Shown here: positions 1-7,698 of the stretch, one piece after another
Position numbering within the stretch: position 1 is the stretch's first letter
How the letters are laid out: each line of letters starts with the position of its first letter
Source of the DNA: an uncultured Verrucomicrobiota bacterium
GTDB taxonomy: Bacteria > Auribacterota > JABMQX01 > JAFGEW01
Direction: 5' to 3'
Length of the DNA: 53,288 nucleotides
Assembly: GCA_964449605.1 (NCBI GenBank)
Contig: CAYUZG010000002.1
Span: forward strand, 1 to 53,288
The notes under the pieces: model-generated
Told to the model about the DNA's origin: nothing
Seen by the model: only the letters and a program-made list of their open reading frames with translations
The model's database searches: none
Translations under genes and position numbers: made by a program

Positions 1-148
1 CCATGTCGAGCACGATGTGGGCATACCCCTCGTTCTGGAGCTGCGTGCAGAGCTCCTTGAGCGCGTCCAGCTCCTCCTGTTCACCCCGGGACAGCGCTGG
101 GTCAACCGTAACAACGGCGACGTCTCCGCGCTTCTTAACCCCGTGCAT
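1..148 (-). CDS. STAS-domain anti-sigma-factor antagonist-like protein, N-terminal fragment (gene runs off the left edge)
   Basis: My own minus-strand translation from ATG 148-146 gives MHGVKKRGDVAVVTVDPALSRGEQEELDALKELCTQLQNEGYAHIVLDM. This fits the K-x-GDV-x-VV ... IVLD pattern of SpoIIAA/RsbV-type proteins. AGGAGG lies 6 nt upstream (160-155). An in-frame ATG at 178 is an alternative start. Confidence 0.45.
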   Translation of the reverse strand, partial: MHGVKKRGDVAVVTVDPALSRGEQEELDALKELCTQLQNEGYAHIVLDM

Positions 149-566
149 TCGATTCCTCCTGCTCTGTGCGTCTTCCATGTCCACAAGCACAACCGTCGTC
201 TGCGTCAGGCTCCCGGCCGGCTGCGCGAACTGCGCCCCATGGCCCCCAGCGGCGTTCCGCGGCATGCTGGAGACGGCCGAAGCACGTCGAGCAGGTGCAA
301 GTTTGTTGCCAACTTCGAGCTGATGCCGGCGTCGAGAGCGGGCCTAGACCTTTCGAGGTCAGGCAGCCTGGCCGGGCCTCGATCACCACGCGCCGCGCTG
401 CTTGGTATGGCGCTCGCCGAACCGACCGGCAGTTTCTGCCGACGCGCGTCGCGATCGGGTTGCGGCCGGCACCCGAAACGCCTACCATCGGCACGGACGC
501 GGCCGGCCGACCGACACGTCGGCCAGGGCGCGACCGTGCGAACCCGAGACATGCAAGGGGCAAGCG

Positions 567-1295
567 ATGAAGACGGGAAACGGCGGCAGCGAGCGAGCGG
601 CGGCCATCGTGGCGGCAGCCGGGACCGGAGCCCGTTTCGGTGCGGCTTCGGGCGGCTCGCCGAAGCAGTTCCTCGATCTCGGCGGCGAGCCGATCCTCAT
701 CCGCTCGATCCGGGTCGTGCTCGCCTGCCGAGGGGTCGAGCTTGTCGCCTGCCCCGTGCCCGCCGACTGGCGCGCGCACGCCGAAGAGCTCGTCGCGGCC
801 GCGAGGCTGCCGGCGCGCGTTGTCCTGCTCGATGGAGGGGCCACGCGGCAGGAATCGGTCGCGCGGTCGCTGGAGGCGCTGGCCGGCCCCGACGAGCCGG
901 ACCTCGTCGTGATCCACGATGCCGTGCGCCCGTTGGCCACGGCCGAGCTGGCCCAAGCCGCTCTCGACGCAGCCAGGCAGCACGGCGCCGCCGTCGTGGC
1001 AACACCCAGCGTCGACACCATCGCCGTCCGAAGCGGCGAGCGGATCGAGGCCGTGCTGGAGCGATCGACGCTCCTGAACATCCAGACCCCCCAGGCGTTC
1101 CGCTACCGGCTGATTTGCGAGGCCCACGCCCGCGCAGCCGCCGACGGGGTCGCGGACGCCTCGGACGACGCCACGCTCGTGCTCCGGCTTGGGCATCGCG
1201 TGGCCGTCGTGCCGGGCCCTGCCACGAACATCAAGATTACCTCATCGGTCGATCTCGAGCTCGCCCGACTCCTGTTCGCCGGCGCGACGTCGTAG
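567..1295 (+). CDS. ispD: 2-C-methyl-D-erythritol 4-phosphate cytidylyltransferase
   Basis: Within ORF 402..1295. From ATG 567 the protein reads MKTGNG..AAIVAAAGTGARFG...PKQFLDLGGEPIL...VVIHDAVRP...QTPQAF...TNIKITSSVDLELA, the typical IspD motif order. The upstream Arg-rich part of the ORF is rejected. Confidence 0.85.
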   Translation: MKTGNGGSERAAAIVAAAGTGARFGAASGGSPKQFLDLGGEPILIRSIRVVLACRGVELVACPVPADWRAHAEELVAAARLPARVVLLDGGATRQESVARSLEALAGPDEPDLVVIHDAVRPLATAELAQAALDAARQHGAAVVATPSVDTIAVRSGERIEAVLERSTLLNIQTPQAFRYRLICEAHARAAADGVADASDDATLVLRLGHRVAVVPGPATNIKITSSVDLELARLLFAGATS

Positions 1296-1377
1296 GAGAC
1301 CGCCGATTCCCCACGGGTCGGCACGAAACTTGATCTCTGTCGCACTGTATTCCCTTGCCTACTCGAGGTCAGGCGCC

Positions 1378-2232
1378 GTGGAAAAGCCTCCCGAGAGAAC
1401 AGACAAGCACGTGGCCGTGGTCGACACGCCCGGCGACGAGCGCTCGGCCTGGCACGCCGCCCTGAGCGCCGCGGGCTGGACCGTGACCTGCTGCGACACG
1501 GCCGATGCCGCCACCGACCAGCTCGAACGGGCCGCGCCCGACGTGGTCGTCGCCGAGATCGGCCTTCAGCCCACGGGGGGTCTCGAACTGCTCAAGGTGA
1601 TCAAGGCACGGCGGCTTCGCACGCGAGTCATCTGCACCACGCGCGAGCACGAGTTGGGCAATGTGCTCGAATGCCTGCGCGGGGGTGCAGCCGACTACTT
1701 GAGGCGCCCGTTCGAGCCATCCGAGCTCGTGCGCGCCGTCGACGACGCAGCCGCCGCCACGCCCGACGACGAGTCGATCGAGATCGACATTGGCGAGATG
1801 GGCTGGATCGAGCTGCAGATGCCGTCGTCGGTGCGCTGCATGAGGCGGCTCGATAAGTTTTTCCGGTTGCTGTACGAGTCGGAGGTCGTGCCCGACACGC
1901 TCGAAGAGATCAGCCTGTGCTTCACCGAGATCGTCAAGAACGCGATCGAGTGGGGCCACCGCTTCGACGCGAGCAAGCGTATCCTGCTCAGCCACATGCT
2001 GTTTCAGGACGAGATCGTCTTCAAGGTCCAGGACACCGGCGCCGGATTCGACATCGGCCAGATGCTCGACGAGCACGAGGACCTGATCGCCATGGAGACC
2101 GAGCGCGAAGCGGCCGGCAAACGCCCGGGCGGCCTCGGAATCACACTGGTGGCGGGGTTGATGGACTCGGTGATCTACAACGCGACGGGCAACATGATCA
2201 TCATGTCGAAGAAGATCTATGACGCGGGCTGA
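1378..2232 (+). CDS. Atypical receiver domain fused to a GHKL ATPase / RsbW-SpoIIAB-like serine kinase domain
   Basis: Within ORF 1189..2232; GTG 1378 has GAGG upstream. The N-terminal REC-like fold reads VAVVDTPGDE ... DVVVAEIGLQPTGG ... VICTT ... RRPF. The C-terminus has an N-box EIVKNAIEWG, G1 DTGAGF and G2 GGLGITLV. Confidence 0.7.
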   Translation: MEKPPERTDKHVAVVDTPGDERSAWHAALSAAGWTVTCCDTADAATDQLERAAPDVVVAEIGLQPTGGLELLKVIKARRLRTRVICTTREHELGNVLECLRGGAADYLRRPFEPSELVRAVDDAAAATPDDESIEIDIGEMGWIELQMPSSVRCMRRLDKFFRLLYESEVVPDTLEEISLCFTEIVKNAIEWGHRFDASKRILLSHMLFQDEIVFKVQDTGAGFDIGQMLDEHEDLIAMETEREAAGKRPGGLGITLVAGLMDSVIYNATGNMIIMSKKIYDAG

Positions 2233-3145
2233 GCAGCTTGTCCACGACGAGCCGGGGCTCGGGCGGATCATCGAGTCGATCGAGCAGATCGGGTCGCTGC
2301 CGACCATCCCCGCGGCCGCGCACCGGGCGATGGTGGTTGCCCGCAAGGAGACCTCGTCGATGCGCGAGATCGCCGAGGTGATCTCCCAGGACCAGGCGCT
2401 CGCGGCCACCGTCCTGCGGGTGGTCAACTCCGCCTACTACGGGCTGCGCCAGCGGATCGGCACGCTGCCGCTTGCGCTCACCGTGCTCGGAGTGCGCGAG
2501 ATCATCAACCTCGTGCTCGGCGTCTCGCTTCTGTCGGTGTTTCCGGCCTCGTCGGACAGCGAGCTGTTCAGCCGCGAGGCGCTCTGGCGCGCGAGCGCCC
2601 AGTGCGCCTACACGGCCAAGAGGCTCGCGCACAGCGTCGGGCTCGGCCGCTTGGCCAGCGAGGCGTTTCTCGGCGGGCTCGTGCACGATATCGGCCTCAT
2701 CATCCTGGACGAATACCGGCACGACGAGTTCATCGAGACGCTGCGCAGCGCGCGGCAGACAGGTCTCGAATCGATCGCCGCTGAGATGGACCGGCTCGGC
2801 ACGACGCACGCGAGCATCGGGGCGTGGCTGGCCGAGAGGTGGGCGTTCCCGGAGCCGCTCGTCGAGGCGATCGCCTGCCACCATGATCCCACGAAGAGCT
2901 CGTGGCAGCCGCCGCTGACGCCCCTTGTCCACCTGGCCGAGCTGATCGTCGCGTTGCAGCAGCAGGCCGGCACTGTCGAAGAAGCCGCCGCAGCACTTGA
3001 AGCAGATCCGACGTGGGGGAGACTGCTCTCGCTCGGGCCGCCGGTGCGGCAACCACCGTCGACCATCGGCATGCTCGAGCAAGTGTGCGAGGAAATCGAG
3101 AGCGCGGCGCTCATCCTGGGCGTTGCGAGTTCCTCGCGGCGCTGA
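2219..3145 (+). CDS. HDOD domain signalling protein
   Basis: Motifs LPTIPAAAHRAMVV...VISQDQALAATVLRVVNSAYYGL...TVLGVREI...FLGGLVHDIGLIIL...HASIGAWLAERWAFPEPLVEAIACHH. The start overlaps the upstream stop by 14 nt. Confidence 0.8.
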   Translation: MTRAEQLVHDEPGLGRIIESIEQIGSLPTIPAAAHRAMVVARKETSSMREIAEVISQDQALAATVLRVVNSAYYGLRQRIGTLPLALTVLGVREIINLVLGVSLLSVFPASSDSELFSREALWRASAQCAYTAKRLAHSVGLGRLASEAFLGGLVHDIGLIILDEYRHDEFIETLRSARQTGLESIAAEMDRLGTTHASIGAWLAERWAFPEPLVEAIACHHDPTKSSWQPPLTPLVHLAELIVALQQQAGTVEEAAAALEADPTWGRLLSLGPPVRQPPSTIGMLEQVCEEIESAALILGVASSSRR

Positions 3146-4670
3146 ACGCAGCCACACCCGCATCATCCATACCCAGCCGGTCGAGGATCGCCCGTTTGAG
3201 CCGTTCGGCATTTGCGGGCGGCGCGGCAGCCCAGCGCTTGTCGAGGTGCGTCGGCACAAGCTCATCGACCTGCTCGACGAGCTGGACGTCGCGCACGCCC
3301 CGGATGGCCGCGCCGCGCGAGAAGAAGTTGTAGAACTCGCATTCGGGGCACGCCTGGACGATCCGTTCGAGCTCTCGCAGGTAGCTGTACAGGCTCTGGT
3401 GCGTTGGGATCGGCGCGCCGTAGCGGTCGGTCACGTGCACGATCTTGGCGAGCATCGCCACGAGGCGGTGGCGCACCTCGAGCGAGCTGAACCGATCGGC
3501 CTCGCCGAGCCAGCCACGGTTGCGCGCCAGGTTGGCCGAGTAGACCTTCCAATCGGGGAACGCGCAATCCTGGCCGACGAAAAACAGCTTGCTCACGCCG
3601 TAGCGTACGGCGAGGTCGAGCGCGACGCACGCGGCCGAGCCGCCGCTGGCCGTCACCCCTTTCGCCGCGATCAGATCCTCGACGGCCGAGACGATCGAAT
3701 GGCCCGTTTGCGCGGCGACTACCTTGCGTCCCGGGAAGCGCGCGACCACCTCGCGCGCCGTCGTCGGCAGGAAGATCAGCGTGCCGCCTGGTCGCGCATC
3801 GAGCGGGAAATGCTCCGTGCTCGTCGGCTGCGGATCGACGCTCACCACGAAGTCGGGCTCGATGCCCGCGCGGCACAGTGTGTCGCAGGCAGTGTCAACC
3901 GTGATGATCCACGCTCGGTCCTGGAACTCGGCCAGGTACGGCATCGCCTCATCGAGCGACGGGCCGGCGCTCACAAGGAACACCGGCCGGCCGGCCAGCG
4001 CCGGGAGCACCTCGGCCACGCCGGGACTCGCCACGACGGCGTCGAGGTTCGCCAGCAGATTCGTCATCGAGTTGCCCCGATGGACGACCGCGGCCGAGCG
4101 CTCGAGCTGGATGACCTCGAGCGCGTTGACGATCCGCTCGTAGCCGTCGGGCACCACCGAGAGCAGCGGCGTGTGGATCAGCACGCGTGACCGCTCCGGC
4201 GGCACGTTGGCGAACACGCCCGAAAGGTAGTCGTGCAGAACAACCGCGCCCTCGTGTTCCGACCCGGCCGTCACCAGCCACACGTTCGGCCGGTGGAGCA
4301 CGTCGCCGAGATCGCGCAGGTGGAAGGCCGCCGATAGGACGGCCCGGTTCAGCTCGAGGACGACGAGCTGCCCGGCGTCGCCAACGAGCTCGGCGACCGC
4401 CTCGGCGTGATACCCGAGGCCAAAACCGTAAAGCAGCACGTAGTCGCCGGCGCCGACGCCAGAGCGCTCGGCGAAGCGGCGCGCTTCCTGTCGAGGATCG
4501 TAGCGGCTGTGGAGCAACACGCCCCGGTACGAGATCGTCGGCTCGCCGGTGCGCGCCTCGTCGGTCTCGAGCTCAGGCGGCAGCTCGGCCAGGAGCAGCG
4601 GGACGAGCGCGCGCGCCCTCGGCCCGAGCGCGGCCAGGTTTGCGTCGAGATGCGACGCGGCCGGGTTCAT
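3111..4670 (-). CDS. Motility accessory factor (Maf / DUF115) putative flagellin glycosyltransferase, paralog 1
   Basis: DUF115 core reads RPVFLVSAGPSLDEAMPYL...AWIITVDTACDTLCRAGIEPDFVVSVD...GGSAACVALDLAVRYG...FFVGQDCAF. ATG 4670 overlaps the upstream stop by 4 nt. Confidence 0.8.
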   Translation of the reverse strand: MNPAASHLDANLAALGPRARALVPLLLAELPPELETDEARTGEPTISYRGVLLHSRYDPRQEARRFAERSGVGAGDYVLLYGFGLGYHAEAVAELVGDAGQLVVLELNRAVLSAAFHLRDLGDVLHRPNVWLVTAGSEHEGAVVLHDYLSGVFANVPPERSRVLIHTPLLSVVPDGYERIVNALEVIQLERSAAVVHRGNSMTNLLANLDAVVASPGVAEVLPALAGRPVFLVSAGPSLDEAMPYLAEFQDRAWIITVDTACDTLCRAGIEPDFVVSVDPQPTSTEHFPLDARPGGTLIFLPTTAREVVARFPGRKVVAAQTGHSIVSAVEDLIAAKGVTASGGSAACVALDLAVRYGVSKLFFVGQDCAFPDWKVYSANLARNRGWLGEADRFSSLEVRHRLVAMLAKIVHVTDRYGAPIPTHQSLYSYLRELERIVQACPECEFYNFFSRGAAIRGVRDVQLVEQVDELVPTHLDKRWAAAPPANAERLKRAILDRLGMDDAGVAAFSAARNSQRPG

Positions 4671-5680
4671 GGCTCCGCGCCTCCGGCAGGTTCGAACGCG
4701 AGGTCATAGCAGACGAGCCGGTGGCGCCACCCATCGAGGCACCACAGCGTGGAATCGCTGCCGCGCGCGCACGCGGTCACGTGCTCAATGCCGGGCAGGT
4801 TGAAGAACGCGAACGCGTTCCCGCCGTCGAAGAGCACGGCGGTGTGTCCCACGTCGGCGACCGCCATGAACAAGCCATCGCCTACGCCGGCCACGTTCGT
4901 CGGCACGAACCGAACGCCGTGCCGGGCGATGACCGGCTCGATCGTCTCATCTCCCGGCGTGCACGCCAGCACGGCGCCGACGCCAGGATCGGCGACGAGC
5001 ACGCGGCCATCCTCGGTTGTCGCAACGCCCTGCGGGTACTCGAGGCTCCCGAGCGCATACCCCTGCTCGCGGAAAAGCGTTTCGTGCGAGACGAACCGGT
5101 TCGAAAGCCCGCTCCACCACTGGAAGACGAAGCCGCGCTTGAACCCGGCCCCTTCGTAATACGCGCGGTCGTAGCCGCCGCGGCCGAGCGCGCCGAGCAC
5201 GGTGCCGTCCTGTGCGAAAAGCTGGACGCGGTGGTTCGAGCGATCGGCCACAACAAGGACGCCGTCATCGCACACGGCGATGCCCCACGGCTCGTTGAAC
5301 TCGCCCGGCTCCGGACCGTACCGGCCGACCATGCCAAGCACGTTCCCGGCGGCATCCAGGTGCTGCACGCGGTGGTTCCACCGGTCGGTGACCCAGAAGC
5401 CGCCCGCACCGTCCGAGACCGCGTGCGTCGGGTATCGGAACATGCCCGGCCCAGAGCCTTCCAGCCCGATGCGCCGCACGAGCGCGCCGCGATCGTCAAG
5501 CAGCGCGAGGCTGTGCTGACACTCGTCGACGACGAGCATGAGCCCGTCGTCCAGCGGGGTGACACAGCTCGGCCCAAGGAAGGTGCCGTCACCCACGTGC
5601 CAGCGCTCGGTCAGGACCGGGCGGGGAATCGGCGGCGTGCTGACGCGCGCGGTTGCCTCGATGGTAGCTGACATGCTCAC
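4667..5680 (-). CDS. NHL-repeat beta-propeller protein
   Basis: Repeated NHL blades: GPGMFRYPTHAVSDGAGGFWVTDRWNHRVQHLDAAGN, EPGEFNEPWGIAVCDDGVLVVADRSNHRVQLFAQDG, YPQGVATTEDGRVLVADPG. Start is GTG 5680 or ATG 5674. Confidence 0.7.
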   Translation of the reverse strand: MSMSATIEATARVSTPPIPRPVLTERWHVGDGTFLGPSCVTPLDDGLMLVVDECQHSLALLDDRGALVRRIGLEGSGPGMFRYPTHAVSDGAGGFWVTDRWNHRVQHLDAAGNVLGMVGRYGPEPGEFNEPWGIAVCDDGVLVVADRSNHRVQLFAQDGTVLGALGRGGYDRAYYEGAGFKRGFVFQWWSGLSNRFVSHETLFREQGYALGSLEYPQGVATTEDGRVLVADPGVGAVLACTPGDETIEPVIARHGVRFVPTNVAGVGDGLFMAVADVGHTAVLFDGGNAFAFFNLPGIEHVTACARGSDSTLWCLDGWRHRLVCYDLAFEPAGGAEP

Positions 5681-7008
5681 TTCGCATTCACGTGCGGGTC
5701 GGCCGCCAGGACGCCCGCGCGCTCCTCGCGCTCGAGCCGCACGATGTATTCTTCCTGGACGAGGAACTCTTCGGACGAGAACAGGCTGTCGAGCCCAACG
5801 AGCTTGCGCAGCATGTCGCGGATCACGAATCCCGGTGGCGGGCAGCCCGGCACATACAGATGGCCGTCACGCTTGGCTCGTTGGCACCGGCCGACGCAGA
5901 CCCACTTCTCGTCGCCGCCGTTGCGGTTCGCGAAATCATCGTTCTGCCCCAGCGAGATGTTCAGGTTCGAGAACCGGCTGCGCAGCAGGTCGAGGCTCCC
6001 GTCCTCATCCATGCGTTTGAGGGCCATCATGAGCCCGCCGAGGCAGTCGCTGCACGCGTCGCGGCATAGGATGTTCACGCCCTCATAACGGCCGCCCGCC
6101 AGCGCGTCGAACGGCGACTCGAAGTCGGTGCGCACGTCGGCGATCCGCTCGCCGACTACCTCAATGCGGCCCGGCTCGATCTCGCCGAGGCCGTGTTCCG
6201 ACGCCGCCCTAATGTGTCGGATGTCGTACGGCTCGAACCCCATCACGCGCGTAGCCACGGCGTCGACCGTCGCGCGCCGCGTCCCTGCGAGCACGAGATC
6301 CATCGGTTTCGCGGTGCCGCTCTGCGGCCCAAGCCCCTCGTGTCCCATGATGCCATCGACAACGATCAAGTCCACGGGGACGTGGCGGTTCACGTCGATG
6401 ATGGCGCCTTCGAGCCCGACGAGGTGCGACTTGCGCTTCGTGCGCGGCGAGATCACGCCTTTCATGTTCTTGAGGCTGATCGAGACAGTCGTGTGCACGT
6501 GCGTCTTGAGCAGCGGCACGTTGATGATCACGTCGCTCGTGAGCACCTCGCGCGCGACCTGGATGTTGCGCAGCGACTCGGGCTCGATAATATCGATCCG
6601 CTCGGTCGTGTCCTCATTCAGATCGACGAGACGCGCACCGCATCGGCGCGCCATCACGTCGTAGCCGGTCACCTGGAAAACCCGAGTGGTCGAGAGGCCC
6701 ACAGTCGTGCCATCGGCCACGACAATGTCGCCTGCGCCGGCCTCGCGTGCGATGTGGACCAGTGCCTCGACGACGGCCGGGTTCGTCGTCGCGCCCGAGC
6801 GCCAGTCCTTGTCGATGCACAGGTTCGGCTTGATCAGGACTTTCGCGCCGGGCCTGACGAAGCGCCGGACGCCTCCGACGAGGCCGACGGCTTGCGCGAC
6901 GGCATCTCGGATCCCGTTTGTTCTTTTGACTATGGCCACACGGTCCATTGGCTTCTCATCCGGTGCCGAGTACCGTGCCTCGGCCGCCCATACGGGCATG
7001 GTCACCAT
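5677..7008 (-). CDS. DUF362-family protein with a Cys-rich (probable Fe-S) C-terminal extension
   Basis: DUF362 core reads VAIVKR...GAKVLIKPNL...NPAVVEALVHIAREAGAGDIVVADG...DVIINVPLLKTH...SLKNMKG...LIVVDGIMGHEGLGP..G...TRRATVDAVATRVMGFEP. The C-terminus has CRDACSDC (CX3CX2C) plus CVGRC...GCPP. ATG 6948 (MDRVAIV) is an alternative start. Confidence 0.7.
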   Translation of the reverse strand: MVTMPVWAAEARYSAPDEKPMDRVAIVKRTNGIRDAVAQAVGLVGGVRRFVRPGAKVLIKPNLCIDKDWRSGATTNPAVVEALVHIAREAGAGDIVVADGTTVGLSTTRVFQVTGYDVMARRCGARLVDLNEDTTERIDIIEPESLRNIQVAREVLTSDVIINVPLLKTHVHTTVSISLKNMKGVISPRTKRKSHLVGLEGAIIDVNRHVPVDLIVVDGIMGHEGLGPQSGTAKPMDLVLAGTRRATVDAVATRVMGFEPYDIRHIRAASEHGLGEIEPGRIEVVGERIADVRTDFESPFDALAGGRYEGVNILCRDACSDCLGGLMMALKRMDEDGSLDLLRSRFSNLNISLGQNDDFANRNGGDEKWVCVGRCQRAKRDGHLYVPGCPPPGFVIRDMLRKLVGLDSLFSSEEFLVQEEYIVRLEREERAGVLAADPHVNAK

Positions 7009-7073
7009 CCACCACTTCGCTGCGTACAGGGCCGTTGTCTCGTTCGACCGAGGGCCGATCGCGATGAGACGAG

Positions 7074-7688
7074 CTAAATCGCGCGCACCTCGACACGATC
7101 CGAAATCGATCCCACTCGCTGCCGGATCTGGTTCTGGTAGCCGAACGAGGAGATGACGACGACCTCGGGGTGTAGTGCTGAAATAACCTCGGGCGGCTCG
7201 ACGAGAAGGCCGTTGATCGACCGGCCGTGCTTGCGCGGATCGCTATCGACGATCCCGGCAACGTCGAACCCGATTTCGTGGCCGACCGCGACGGCGATCT
7301 CGCCTGTCTCGGCCGCGCCATAGAAGACGACCCGCCGGAACCCCTCGTCGTAGATGACCTGAAGCTGGCGGCGGATCTCGTCCTTTGCGTGGATATACAG
7401 TCCCACAGTCTCATTGAGGTACTTGCGAAACAGCTCGGAGAGCCGCGCGTCACCCGCTTCGGTCAGGTGATAGCTCATGTTGCGGTTTGTCCGGCCTCGA
7501 ACGGCGACGTGACCGGCCTTGACGAACCCCTTGATGTAGTTGTTCACCATCGCCGGAACGATGCCGGCCAGCTTGGCCAGCCGCGACTGCGTCGTGTTGG
7601 ACTGCTGGTGGATGCCGTACAGCAGCACGAGCTCGCGGAACGCCGCGCTCGGCCGGAAGAACCGCAACTGCTTGTCACCAATCCTCAT
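7074..7688 (-). CDS. Winged-helix DNA-binding protein with a C-terminal Rossmann/CoA-binding-like domain (putative regulator)
   Basis: Within ORF 7074..7832, from ATG 7688. wHTH-like segment: TQSRLAKLAGIVPAMVNNYIKGFVKAGHVAVRG. Then RRVVFYGAAETGEIAVAVGHEIGFDVAGIVDSDPRKHG..INGLLV, reminiscent of Rex/NeuD-type nucleotide-binding folds. Confidence 0.5.
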   Translation of the reverse strand: MRIGDKQLRFFRPSAAFRELVLLYGIHQQSNTTQSRLAKLAGIVPAMVNNYIKGFVKAGHVAVRGRTNRNMSYHLTEAGDARLSELFRKYLNETVGLYIHAKDEIRRQLQVIYDEGFRRVVFYGAAETGEIAVAVGHEIGFDVAGIVDSDPRKHGRSINGLLVEPPEVISALHPEVVVISSFGYQNQIRQRVGSISDRVEVRAI

Positions 7689-7698
7689 TGTCCCGTCG

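Noticed and set aside
149-566. 418-bp gap between the STAS fragment and ispD, examined for a small gene, riboswitch or tRNA.
   Set aside because: I recognised no cloverleaf-like structure, no conserved riboswitch core and no convincing ORF with an RBS. It is probably a divergent promoter region.
17-1333. 438-aa plus-strand ORF and other ORFs covering 17-1333.
   Set aside because: The sequence is Arg/Pro-rich nonsense that overlaps the clear ispD frame. Only the ispD frame from ATG 567 has recognisable motifs.
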